Of a stretch of 64,000 nt of DNA, positions 42,198 to 51,276 are shown piece after piece. This DNA is from a virus. Taxonomy: Duplodnaviria > Caudoviricetes. The position numbers were made by a program, and so were the translations under genes. Positions within the stretch are counted from its first letter, which is position 1, and every line of letters begins with the position of its first letter. Location: the IMG/VR virus record IMGVR_UViG_3300021399_000103, positions 96,001-160,000 of that record, one strand, 5' to 3'. Under the pieces are notes generated by a model that did no database searches, was not told the DNA's origin, and worked only from the letters and a program-made list of their open reading frames with translations.

Positions 42198-43736
42198 TTA
42201 TTTTACTATTTCATATCGTGGAGAGTCAAGCTTCGCCATCATCAAGTCATAGCCAGTCTTGCCAGTAGCAATTGTCTGATAGATAGATGGACTCATGCCA
42301 GAGACAAATGAAGCACCTTCTCCAATCATTGGGATATTATTTTGACGAGCATCTACGTTCCAGAATACAAGGTTTGGAATCTTATATCCATACTTTTCCC
42401 ATTCAATAGCAATCTTTTCAAGCTCCGTATTAATAGTTGCTTTTGAGAAAGTAGGAAACTCTGTTTTTGAGTATGAATACCAACCAGGCCGAGCGCAACT
42501 ATCAAATTCCATATCACTAATGATAATGATATTTTCTGGGATATCTGCTTGAGCACAGTTATTCTTAATAGCAGTATTAAGAATAAGGTCAAAGACACCT
42601 TTAATATTAGTGTTTTCACAAATATTCTTAGAGTAAATTCTCTTAACCTTATCAACAAAGTCAACACCTTCAATCTCAATCAACTGTGGATCATGAGAGA
42701 AAGTAATGAAGTGATTATGATAAGGGCCTTTTGCTTTTTCCGCACAGCACAAACCAAGAGAAATAGCGATGTTCATTGGCTGATTTTTGTCTCCATAATG
42801 AAGCATTGAAGCGGAAGTATCTACAACTGCGATACCATTAAACTTAAAATCATCAAATGATTCCAAATAATTATCCCAATACTTATTAACTATAGTACGG
42901 TCAAAGGTATCAGCCTTATTATATGAGTATTTGGTAATATTAATGGCTTCACCAACAATCTCATATGGATAAAGGTCTTTTGCGTTTACTCTCTTGGTTT
43001 CATCCTGGATAAATTCCTTATAAGACTGGATATTCTTATTCTGCATCATGCGCTCAACATCATGACGAGCAAACGCATTTTTGTAGATAAAACCAGCTTT
43101 CGAAGGGATTTTATCAAATTCAATTTCGCTCCAACGACCAGCAGACATAAGTCTTTCAAGAACATTGATGCGCTCACGAAGGATAGATAATGTCTTACGA
43201 TACTGACGTGGAGTCATATGCATCTGGACTCTTGTATGTCTACCCAGGCGCTTACTTTCCTTTGATGAAGTATTTTCTGATTTCATCCACTTTGCTAAAA
43301 GTGAAGGAGTTTTAGACTGAGTGTCAAGAACAAGCTGATGCTTCATAAACTTCCACATATCATCTTCAACTTGAGTCCCAATAAGTGCGTAAAGGTCGTC
43401 CCAGCGTCCATATTCAGGAATGTTCTTGATATTTCTACGCATTGCTTCTGGATCCTGCTTAGCGAGATCAGTTAAGCAAAGGCGGAAGAAGCGTCTTTCT
43501 CCCTGGCCGCCACGAATGTCGCGGATATAGAAAAGACACTTTAAGGCATAAGTAGGATTTTCCACATATGCCTTACGGAACATTAAAATAACATCTTCGT
43601 CAGAGCGATTACGCATTGCCGCCCCCATAGCAAACATATCTAAAAGATCACTTTTGGTTGTCTTATGAGTGATGCCACCATTTTCGGTATAAGTGAAATT
43701 GGTTTCATCTTTAAGGGCATTTAAAAATGTAGTCAT
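42198..43736 (-). CDS. DUF2828-family protein (TROVE/Ro60-like helical domain plus vWA)
   Basis: TENG, RDIRGGQGER, YGRWDDL, LAKW; vWA DTSASM, ISDMEFD, FWNV. Confidence 0.85.
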   Translation of the reverse strand: MTTFLNALKDETNFTYTENGGITHKTTKSDLLDMFAMGAAMRNRSDEDVILMFRKAYVENPTYALKCLFYIRDIRGGQGERRFFRLCLTDLAKQDPEAMRRNIKNIPEYGRWDDLYALIGTQVEDDMWKFMKHQLVLDTQSKTPSLLAKWMKSENTSSKESKRLGRHTRVQMHMTPRQYRKTLSILRERINVLERLMSAGRWSEIEFDKIPSKAGFIYKNAFARHDVERMMQNKNIQSYKEFIQDETKRVNAKDLYPYEIVGEAINITKYSYNKADTFDRTIVNKYWDNYLESFDDFKFNGIAVVDTSASMLHYGDKNQPMNIAISLGLCCAEKAKGPYHNHFITFSHDPQLIEIEGVDFVDKVKRIYSKNICENTNIKGVFDLILNTAIKNNCAQADIPENIIIISDMEFDSCARPGWYSYSKTEFPTFSKATINTELEKIAIEWEKYGYKIPNLVFWNVDARQNNIPMIGEGASFVSGMSPSIYQTIATGKTGYDLMMAKLDSPRYEIVK

Positions 43737-43753
43737 TTCCTTTTTCTCCTTTC

Positions 43754-43819
43754 AAGACCCTAAGTCTATTATTGAAAAAATGGCACAATCCATAAACTAG
43801 AAATTGCTGTTAGGGTCTT
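43754..43819 (-). promoter_or_regulatory. Stem-CAGCAA RNA motif copy A in the DUF2828 5' leader, abutting the RBS
   Basis: AAGACCCTAA-CAGCAA...TTAGGGTCTT-GAAAGGAG, just after a TGATATAAT promoter. Confidence 0.7.
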
Positions 43820-43852
43820 TTTTATTACATTATTATTATATCATAATTTTTA

Positions 43853-44287
43853 TTATTTTTCAAGTATTTGTAAATATTTGTAAATAGTACTTCTACTACA
43901 ATTTAGCTTTCTTGCAGCTTCAGTTTTTGTTATTTCATTGTTTTTTATTTTATTAAGATAATCAAAAAATTGATCTGGAATATCTTCTAAAGTAGTTTTC
44001 TTTCTTCCGCCTGTATAAGTACCTGATTCTTTTTGTTTCTTTATTGCTGCTTTTATTAGTTCTGAATGAGAAATATGATTGTCTTCACTTATTCCATGAT
44101 GTAGTATATTATGACATTCTGTACATATAGGAACTATATTTGTAATAATATCTTTACCCCCTAAACTAATAGGTACTATATGGTGATATATTATTAAATC
44201 ATGACATTCTTTTCCGCAATTACAACATTTTGTTCCAAGTTGATCAATTAATATTGTTCTATTAATTTGTGAACTTTTTCTGCTCAT
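43853..44287 (-). CDS. HNH endonuclease with C-terminal HTH
   Basis: CCNC..HHIVP..N..CTECH..H. Confidence 0.85.
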   Translation of the reverse strand: MSRKSSQINRTILIDQLGTKCCNCGKECHDLIIYHHIVPISLGGKDIITNIVPICTECHNILHHGISEDNHISHSELIKAAIKKQKESGTYTGGRKKTTLEDIPDQFFDYLNKIKNNEITKTEAARKLNCSRSTIYKYLQILEK

Positions 44288-44406
44288 TTAAAGATACTCT
44301 CCTTTTTATTTTTATTTCTAAGCTTATAATTTTTATCAAAAATTTTCCATATGCGATTCTTTGGCGGCAACGGCCGTTCGCGTGGGTTACCAGCAAAACT
44401 TTCCCC

Positions 44407-44814
44407 TTATGCGCGAGTTAAAATTAACCAGTGAAGTTTATTTATAAAGATTTTTTTATCATCCACAGAAAACTCCGCATAATCATTTTTTATATTACTA
44501 ATGCTAATTGTAGTTCCATAGAAAATAAATAAAGGTTCATCCGCACAAGAAGATATTAAAAGTATTTTTTTATTTTCTTTATAGTATGATTGAATCCAAG
44601 ATTTAGCAAAATTAAAATCATCTGTATTTGCGGTAACTCGCCCCACTTCAGTATCATAAGCAATAAATGAATTGCCGCAAATGGTAAGTGTTTGTTTTGC
44701 CGCATTAATAGTAATCCAGTAGGGTTCTCTTTGAGCGACATTAAACTTAGGTTCATTAAAATTAAATTCTAATAATTTTTCATTTTTATTTGTAAATGTT
44801 TCTAATCTAATCAT
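44407..44814 (-). CDS. Hypothetical protein
   Basis: ORF track, follows a promoter. Confidence 0.6.
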   Translation of the reverse strand: MIRLETFTNKNEKLLEFNFNEPKFNVAQREPYWITINAAKQTLTICGNSFIAYDTEVGRVTANTDDFNFAKSWIQSYYKENKKILLISSCADEPLFIFYGTTISISNIKNDYAEFSVDDKKIFINKLHWLILTRA

Positions 44815-45114
44815 AATTATATTATAACATATTTTTTAAAAAAAGAAAAGGCGAAGTAAAAACTTCGCCTTGGTGTTGGTGGTGATGCTCTACTTTCAAG
44901 TATCGGGACTGCCCATTATTTTATACCGCGGGCACAGCACGGACTCCGGAGAACCACCATGTCCGGTAGGTTTATACCCTTTTTGAATAGAGATTCAAGA
45001 AATACCTTCTAGTTAATAAAGAAATTTCAGGTTGGGCATCACGCCCCTTATCATATAAGTTTGACCTAGGAATTCTTATATGATCGCAGTTATTCGTCTA
45101 TTCTCTGCGCGTCG

Positions 45115-45185
45115 TGCCGGATGACGGAATCGAACCGCCCTCAGAGGTTTACAAGACCACTGTAATACCGATATACTAATCCGGC
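45115..45185 (-). tRNA. tRNA-Thr(TGT)
   Basis: Cloverleaf, loop CT-TGT-AA. Confidence 0.85.
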
Positions 45186-45192
45186 AGAAATC

Positions 45193-45309
45193 AAGACACC
45201 TTTTACTGTGCTTTACCATTTAGCTACTCCCCCATAACAGTGGGGGAGACAAGATTCGAACTTGTAATCTCAGGGTCCAAAACCGAGAGTTAATTGCTGA
45301 AAGTGTCTT
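45193..45309 (-). ncRNA. Stem-CAGCAA RNA copy B containing a circularly permuted tRNA mimic (YrlA-like topology)
   Basis: AAGACACTTT-CAGCAA..T arm ACAAG-TTCGAAT-CTTGT, closed acceptor CTCCCCCA/TGGGGGAG, D arm, AAGGTGTCTT. Confidence 0.75.
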
Positions 45310-45313
45310 TAAG

Positions 45314-45387
45314 TGACGATACGGAGATTCGAACTCACGATTTCCACCTTGAGAGGGTAGCGAACTAAACCATTATTCGATATCGCC
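45314..45387 (-). tRNA. tRNA-Glu(CTC)
   Basis: Cloverleaf, CT-CTC-AA. Confidence 0.85.
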
Positions 45388-45392
45388 AGAAG

Positions 45393-45465
45393 TACTGCCA
45401 ACGGGACTCGAACCCGTATTGCAACCTTGAAAGGGTTGTGAACTAACCTCTTATTCGATGACAGC
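45393..45465 (-). tRNA. tRNA-Glu(TTC)
   Basis: Cloverleaf, CT-TTC-AA. Confidence 0.88.
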
Positions 45466-45472
45466 ATATTTC

Positions 45473-45576
45473 AAGTCGCTTTTGTTTTGGAGTGGAATTG
45501 AACCACCAATAGACAGTTTGGAATACTGTTGCCTTAACCTTTTGGCTACCATCAGATTTTTTGCTGTAAGCGACTT
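45473..45576 (-). ncRNA. Stem-CAGCAA RNA copy C enclosing D, anticodon and T arms in normal order, without a proper acceptor stem
   Basis: AAGTCGCTTA-CAGCAA..ACAGT-ATTCCAA-ACTGT..GGTGG-TTCAATT-CCACT..AAGCGACTT. Confidence 0.7.
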
Positions 45577-45579
45577 AAG

Positions 45580-45653
45580 CGGTCCCGACGGGATTCGAAC
45601 CCGCAACCCTCGCCGTGACAGGGCGATACGCTAACCAGTTGCGCCACGAGACC
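45580..45653 (-). tRNA. tRNA-Asp(GTC)
   Basis: Cloverleaf, CT-GTC-AC. Confidence 0.92.
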
Positions 45654-45658
45654 ATAAC

Positions 45659-45734
45659 AAGACAGATATTTTTTATATGATTTTAGTTCAAAAGTCTAAT
45701 CCAGTATAATTTTCAATATTGCTGTATCTGTCTT
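45659..45734 (-). ncRNA. Stem-CAGCAA RNA copy D (short)
   Basis: AAGACAGATA-CAGCAA...TATCTGTCTT. Confidence 0.7.
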
Positions 45735-45738
45735 TAAG

Positions 45739-45812
45739 TGCGAATGGAGTGATTCGAACACTCGACCCCAGCGTTATCAGCACTGTGCTCTAGCCTACTG
45801 AGCTACACTCGC
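45739..45812 (-). tRNA. tRNA-Ile(GAT)
   Basis: Cloverleaf, CT-GAT-AA. Confidence 0.9.
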
Positions 45813-45918
45813 ATATATCGGCATCCATTGCCATTATATAGAAAGTTTCATCGTCAATGTAATCCTCATCAATTAAAATACCTTCATCCATTAAGTATTG
45901 ATATAATGCTTCACACAT
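45790..45918 (-). CDS. Small acidic peptide, 42 aa, running into tRNA-Ile
   Basis: Promoter plus AAAGGAG RBS; MCEALYQYLMDEG.. Confidence 0.45.
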   Translation of the reverse strand: MCEALYQYLMDEGILIDEDYIDDETFYIMAMDADICECSSVG

Positions 45919-46175
45919 AATTTTTACTCCTTTCTTTATTTACATATATATTATAACATTTATTTTTTAATTTTTCAAATAAAGATTATCGAGTGGGTTG
46001 CAACGATGTTTTATTAATGGAGGTTCTCTCCTCTCAGTGTCCCAACTTCTTATTATCTTCTTCGATAATCACTACGAAGCACAACCTCCGCGCGCAGAGT
46101 GTCTTACCCTGGAGTTCCCTCGCTTTGCCGGCTATCCACCAATTATTACTTGGTTCGAGGTGGTGGGATTAAATC

Positions 46176-46772
46176 TTACGGCCACTCGACCAAGTGGAGG
46201 CCAAACTGTTTACCATTGTTTAGCTCTGATCCTATTTCTGTACAATATGCAACCTGACCACCAACAGATGTAAGATCTCTAAATAAGTCACCAGCAATAT
46301 CCTGATAAAGAGTACTGATAATGCCATGTGCATCATTAAGGTTATCATTAAAGAACTGAACAACTTCCTTCTTGAAAACAACATAGGTAAAATCAATATA
46401 TCTATATCCTTCCTGCGCAGGAGCTACACAATAGCAGAATGCGGGGTTTCCTTTAAAAGCAGTTTCGAATAATTCTTTGTTAGAAGCAAAAGCCAAGTTA
46501 GGAAGCTTTTTTCCACATTCTACACCAATTTCTAGATCAACATTACCATAATTAATCTTTTCTGGGAGCAACTTACGAATAGCTACAGCCTTTTCTGGAT
46601 TGTTAGTAGAAAGTACGATAGATGGTTCGCCTGTCCAAGTTATATTACAAGCGATTTGAGGATCTCCGTCAAACATTGCCCGGATTTCATTAATGCAAGT
46701 AATCCAAGGAGGTGAAATCTTAAGTCTTACACCAGTCGAACTGTTTACATTGGATAAAAAAATTCTTGTCAT
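46176..46772 (-). CDS. Hypothetical protein
   Basis: ORF track, AAGGAG RBS. Confidence 0.7.
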   Translation of the reverse strand: MTRIFLSNVNSSTGVRLKISPPWITCINEIRAMFDGDPQIACNITWTGEPSIVLSTNNPEKAVAIRKLLPEKINYGNVDLEIGVECGKKLPNLAFASNKELFETAFKGNPAFCYCVAPAQEGYRYIDFTYVVFKKEVVQFFNDNLNDAHGIISTLYQDIAGDLFRDLTSVGGQVAYCTEIGSELNNGKQFGLHLVEWP

Positions 46773-46832
46773 TTATCTTTTCTCCTTATTTTTTACATAT
46801 ATATTATAACATTTATTTTTTTGAAAATCAAT

Positions 46833-47345
46833 TTATTTTGAGTATTTATCGGCAATTGTAGAAGCAGCATATGAGTTAGGTTTGATTTCATAATCATATC
46901 CCACTGCGCGCACCCATCCTTCTAACTCTTGGATATATTTACTTGTTGGGCCATTTTTACCAACATCCATATGAATTGATAAATGGATATGAGAGTTTTC
47001 TTTTTGAATATCAAGACCTTTATTTTTCAATTTTTCAATTAAGATTTCCGCAGCATCTAAAGAAGCTTGAGTTTCTTCATATAACTTTTGGTGTAATTGA
47101 TTATTTTTATACGCCTTATGATATTTAGAATGTAAGAAGAAAATACCACCATTATACAATCTATGAAGTGTAATAGATAAAACTACCTTGGTTTCAGAAC
47201 AAGTTTGAGAATCTGTTCCAATGGCTAAAATATAATCTTTTTCTGGATCTTTATCTATATAATCTATAATTTTATCCGCAACCATATCAAAAGTGATATC
47301 TCCTTGTGATAGATTGCGGAATAAGATATCTTCTGTTATATTCAT
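46833..47345 (-). CDS. RNase H-like YkuK (DUF458) protein
   Basis: IGTDSQ, GG.F, IHMDVG, IKP.S.AA...AD. Confidence 0.85.
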   Translation of the reverse strand: MNITEDILFRNLSQGDITFDMVADKIIDYIDKDPEKDYILAIGTDSQTCSETKVVLSITLHRLYNGGIFFLHSKYHKAYKNNQLHQKLYEETQASLDAAEILIEKLKNKGLDIQKENSHIHLSIHMDVGKNGPTSKYIQELEGWVRAVGYDYEIKPNSYAASTIADKYSK

Positions 47346-47370
47346 ATCAAACTCCTTTTCATATAAAAAG

Positions 47371-47446
47371 CCTCCTCTATAGGATTCGAACCTATGCGAA
47401 ACCTGGTTTCGTAGACCAGTGCTCTGTCCATCTGAGCTAAGAGGAG
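47371..47446 (-). tRNA. tRNA-Arg(ACG)
   Basis: Cloverleaf, CT-ACG-AA. Confidence 0.88.
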
Positions 47447-47451
47447 AAAAG

Positions 47452-47523
47452 TCGTCCCAGTAGGATTCGAACCTACAGCCTTGACTTTGTAAGAGTCACA
47501 ATCTCCCGTTGATATATGGGACG
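47452..47523 (-). tRNA. tRNA-Val(TAC)
   Basis: Cloverleaf, CT-TAC-AA. Confidence 0.8.
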
Positions 47524-47528
47524 ATAAG

Positions 47529-47602
47529 TAGCAGAAGTGGGAGTCGAACCCACACTCTATCGGGTATGAACCGATTGCTTTTGCCAGTTAAGCTATTCTG
47601 CT
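47529..47602 (-). tRNA. tRNA with CAT anticodon (Met or Ile2)
   Basis: Cloverleaf, TT-CAT-AC. Confidence 0.85.
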
Positions 47603-47981
47603 AACGAAACATAATTTTCCAAGTAATAATAATTTGAATTAAATGGAAAAGTTGATCTTGCCATAAATTAATTTTGAACTTATTTGCTTTTAGATCATCT
47701 ATGAGCGCATGAATAATGGTGTTAATTAATACCATTATTACAATAGTAATATGCCAATCTGTATTTGTAAATAAACACCAAGCTAACATTGGCATTAACA
47801 TCATACAAGACCATTCAAAAGCGTGTTCAATTAATGCGGGAATGTAATCATATTTATAAAGTGGATTTGTTGTATTTTCCTCCCACCACTTTTTCTGCTT
47901 CATTGAAGCCAAAATACCTTGCATTCCATAATCTTCTATAATGTGGCAAAAAATCATTCCTAATAATATAATATATTTCAT
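47601..47981 (-). CDS. DUF3307-like membrane protein
   Basis: H...DY..Q, H, IH..ID, DQ..H. Confidence 0.75.
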   Translation of the reverse strand: MKYIILLGMIFCHIIEDYGMQGILASMKQKKWWEENTTNPLYKYDYIPALIEHAFEWSCMMLMPMLAWCLFTNTDWHITIVIMVLINTIIHALIDDLKANKFKINLWQDQLFHLIQIIITWKIMFR

Positions 47982-47983
47982 AG

Positions 47984-48056
47984 CACCCAGGCAAGGAGTC
48001 GAACCCTTTGACGATAGATTTGGAGTCTATTGGAGGCCCGGCCTCCTTTAAGTCTA
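47984..48056 (-). tRNA. tRNA-Trp(CCA), atypical or degenerate
   Basis: Good anticodon arm ATAGA-CTCCAAA-TCTAT and T loop; poorly paired acceptor stem; odd D loop. Confidence 0.55.
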
Positions 48057-48163
48057 CCCAGATATATTTATGTCTGTTTACCCCAACTCCAACAGACCGC
48101 ATCAGTCGCCCAAAAATTACCACCGCCATATAGACGGGCTGATGTCCCCAACTATGATTTACG

Positions 48164-48237
48164 TGCGGCGGGCGGGATTCGAACCCGCAAAACTCTGGGT
48201 TTGAGCCAGATATGTATGCCAGTTCCATCACCGCCAC
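48164..48237 (-). tRNA. tRNA-Leu(CAA) with a short variable loop
   Basis: Cloverleaf, CT-CAA-AC. Confidence 0.8.
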
Positions 48238-48243
48238 AAATCA

Positions 48244-48316
48244 GGTTGACCTATCAGAATTGAACTGATATAACTGGAGCCACAATCCAGGGCACTACCA
48301 TTGTGCTAAGGCCAAC
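48244..48316 (-). tRNA. tRNA-His(GTG)
   Basis: Cloverleaf, G-1:C73. Confidence 0.88.
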
Positions 48317-48322
48317 ATAAAG

Positions 48323-48394
48323 AGGACCAGGTCGGATGCGCGCCGACGATCGGGGTGTTGCAGACCCCTGCCTTAACTCCTTGGCTACAGGTCC
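48323..48394 (-). tRNA. tRNA-Cys(GCA) with a non-canonical T loop
   Basis: CT-GCA-AC, U73, T loop CGCGCAT. Confidence 0.75.
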
Positions 48395-48585
48395 ATTCTG
48401 TTCATTAACTTATCTATTCCTTCTGGAGAATAACCAGCAACTTTTAATGCTTTAAACCAAGCATACATTGCTTCTTCATAAGTAGCACCTTCATTAACTT
48501 CAATCTCACAATATAAGGCATATTGTGAATCGTATCCAATATCCTTATCTTCAAAAGCTTTTTCTGTAACAATAATTTTCAACAT
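48385..48585 (-). CDS. Hypothetical protein
   Basis: GAGG RBS, promoter. Confidence 0.6.
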   Translation of the reverse strand: MLKIIVTEKAFEDKDIGYDSQYALYCEIEVNEGATYEEAMYAWFKALKVAGYSPEGIDKLMNRMDL

Positions 48586-48644
48586 ATTTATTACCTCTTT
48601 CTTTATATATATATTATATCATATTTTTTTTATTTTTCAAATTT

Positions 48645-49079
48645 CTATTTTTTATCAAACAGCTTTGTATAACTATCAGTAGCGTCACAGAATAATACTA
48701 CCTCTTTATTTATAGGAATATAATTTACTTCATATTTAACAAATGGAATTGGTTTAACTTCTTCCCAATCGTAACATTCGCTATCATAACAATTATCAGT
48801 ATAATAATACGCAAAATATCTGTCTTTAACTTTAATAATTAAAGTTCTATATGCACAACTTTTATAAGTATCATATTCATCTAAAACGTCATCAAAAATG
48901 AAGTTATTACCTAGTTCTGTTAATAATCTCCAAGATTCATCATCTCCTACAAGAGAACCATGATCTTCCCAATTAAGTAACATTGCTTCAGCAAGAGTAT
49001 CATCATCGACCTTATCAGAATAATATAATTTTTCAATAGAAATAGGCTCTAAGATTAATTGCATTTGTTCAAATTTCAT
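48645..49079 (-). CDS. Hypothetical acidic protein
   Basis: ORF track, RBS. Confidence 0.65.
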   Translation of the reverse strand: MKFEQMQLILEPISIEKLYYSDKVDDDTLAEAMLLNWEDHGSLVGDDESWRLLTELGNNFIFDDVLDEYDTYKSCAYRTLIIKVKDRYFAYYYTDNCYDSECYDWEEVKPIPFVKYEVNYIPINKEVVLFCDATDSYTKLFDKK

Positions 49080-49200
49080 CTTCTTTTCCTTTCTTTATAC
49101 AATAATTATATTATATATTTTTTAATTTTTCAGCTAAAGAAAAATACTGTAAGATTTTTCTTACAGTATTATTATATAATAATTTTATTATTTTTTCAAA

Positions 49201-50478
49201 TTAGTTTTTATGAGGTAAGATTAAATTAGTAATAATTCCAAGAATTAAAGCACAAGCTACTGAAGTTAAAGTAATTGCGCCAATAGATAAGGTTAAACCA
49301 CCAATTCCAGTTATTAAAATAATTGAAATAATCATAACATTATTTATATCTTCAAAATCAACATTCTTAAACATTTTCAAACCAGAAGAAGCAATATAAC
49401 CATATAATAGCATTGTAACTCCACCCATTACACATGCGGGAATACTTGACAAGATTGTCGCAATTGGGCCAATAAAGGAAATGATTAAACACTCTAATGC
49501 CGCAACCGCAATTACAAATGTTGAAGCTGATTTAGTAAAAGCTGTTGTAGCAATGGATTCGCCATATGTTGTATTAGGACAACCTCCGAATATTGCTCCA
49601 CCAATAGATCCAATACCATCACCAAGTAATGTTCTATGTAAACCCGGATCTTTAAGTAGATCTTGGTTTACTATTGTAGAAAGATTGCGGTGGTCGGCTA
49701 AGTGTTCCGCAAAGACGACGAATGCTACCGGAACATAAGCAACGGCAATTGTTCCAATATATCCTGGAGTTAATTCAGAAAAAGCACCGAGCGCAGAAAT
49801 GAATACAAAATTTGGAATGGAAAATAAGTGTATATTAGAGAAAATAGTTAAATTAATAATTGGGATACCGGCACAAGATATTGCTAAAGCGGCAATATAT
49901 CCTGTAAAAATACCGAAGATAAATGGAATCATTTTTACTCTTGGAGAGCCATATGCGGAAGCAAGCATTGTTGTAAATAAAGCAATCATACCGCATAGAA
50001 TACCCCAATAACCACCAGTAGTAAGATTAGTGATTGCGCTGCCTGCTAAGCCGAGCCCTATAATCGCCACTGTTGGACCGATTACAACGGGAGGCATCAA
50101 TTTTTCAATCCAGTTAGTTCCGACCGCTTTAACGACAGCCGCAATAATCACATATATAAGACCCGCAAAAATTGCGCCAATAATGAGACCAAGATATCCA
50201 AGTCCTATTGTTGCGGCTCCTGCGAATGCCGCAGTCATTGAGCCAATAAAAGCAAAACTTGAACCAAGAAATACTGGACTTCTCATTTTAGTAAAAAAAA
50301 GGTAAATAAAAGTTCCAATACCAGCTCCGAAAATTGCGGCAGAAGGATCAAGACCATTACCAATAATCATTGGTACTGTAATTGTAGCTGCCATAATTGC
50401 CAAAACCTGTTGGAACGCAAGAATAATAGCCTCTTTAATTGGAGGTTTTTCATTAATCTGATAAATTAAACTATTCAT
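49201..50478 (-). CDS. NCS2-family uracil/xanthine permease
   Basis: GSSFAF, PPVVIGP, EHLAD, GDG, PNTTYGE; many TM helices. Confidence 0.92.
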   Translation of the reverse strand: MNSLIYQINEKPPIKEAIILAFQQVLAIMAATITVPMIIGNGLDPSAAIFGAGIGTFIYLFFTKMRSPVFLGSSFAFIGSMTAAFAGAATIGLGYLGLIIGAIFAGLIYVIIAAVVKAVGTNWIEKLMPPVVIGPTVAIIGLGLAGSAITNLTTGGYWGILCGMIALFTTMLASAYGSPRVKMIPFIFGIFTGYIAALAISCAGIPIINLTIFSNIHLFSIPNFVFISALGAFSELTPGYIGTIAVAYVPVAFVVFAEHLADHRNLSTIVNQDLLKDPGLHRTLLGDGIGSIGGAIFGGCPNTTYGESIATTAFTKSASTFVIAVAALECLIISFIGPIATILSSIPACVMGGVTMLLYGYIASSGLKMFKNVDFEDINNVMIISIILITGIGGLTLSIGAITLTSVACALILGIITNLILPHKN

Positions 50479-50543
50479 ATCTTTTTCTCCTTACTTTTTA
50501 TTATACCAAAAAATAAAAAGTAAGTCAAAAAAGAGTGGTATTT

Positions 50544-50834
50544 CTACCACTCTATATGTCGAGGAAGTACTTTCATATTCATCTCGTTTTCATCTAATGA
50601 ATATTGTAATGATTCTAATTTTTTCAAATCAGAAATCTTATAACCATTACGGTTAGTTTTTGCGGAGCATATAGGACATGAACAATGAATTTTATTTTTG
50701 CTTAAACGATGTTTTTGTTTTTCCCAAAAATCTTTATACCATCCTTCATCTTCCCAAACGTGTCTAATAATATTTGCCTTTTTATGGATTTTTCTCCAAT
50801 CATTATGGCGACGTTCTGCTTTTGTTCTACGCAT
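50544..50834 (-). CDS. Basic hypothetical protein with HCSCPIC
   Basis: AGGAGG RBS. Confidence 0.7.
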   Translation of the reverse strand: MRRTKAERRHNDWRKIHKKANIIRHVWEDEGWYKDFWEKQKHRLSKNKIHCSCPICSAKTNRNGYKISDLKKLESLQYSLDENEMNMKVLPRHIEW

Positions 50835-50979
50835 AAAATACCTCCTAATTATTAGGCTAGGCCTCCGAGAGCAGGACGCTTAACCCTGCATCTTCCTTAC
50901 CGCGGCGGATATGCTATCTTGGAAACGATTTTGCACCATCTCGTTCTTTTAATTTTTCCTATTTCCTCCTAATAAAAAG

Positions 50980-51052
50980 CGGCTCCAGATGGACTTGCAC
51001 CATCCACACCGACATTTTCAGTGTCGTGCTCTACTGTCTGAGCTACAGAGCC
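50980..51052 (-). tRNA. tRNA-Phe(GAA)
   Basis: Cloverleaf, CT-GAA-AA. Confidence 0.85.
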
Positions 51053-51160
51053 AATTATTATATCAACCAAGCCTTCTACCAACAGTTGATATGTATCTGA
51101 CACCACACGTTATTTACAGCCACGCGTTACGGCTTTGGCTAGGTCAGATGTCCCTTTTAG

Positions 51161-51227
51161 TGGAGCCCTAGGGATTTGAACCCTCGTTTCTGGTGACGAA
51201 CCAGCCTCTTGCCATTGGACATACTCA
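51161..51227 (-). pseudogene. Degenerate tRNA-like sequence (CGT loop, possibly Thr)
   Basis: T arm and anticodon-like arm present; acceptor and D arms defective. Confidence 0.4.
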
Positions 51228-51276
51228 CAATGTTGTCATCGTTGCCCCTTTGTCTCCCGAAGATGGCCCCATATAG

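Noticed and set aside
6658-50305. Plus-strand ORFs inside long minus-strand genes
   Set aside because: Antisense shadows of well-supported genes.
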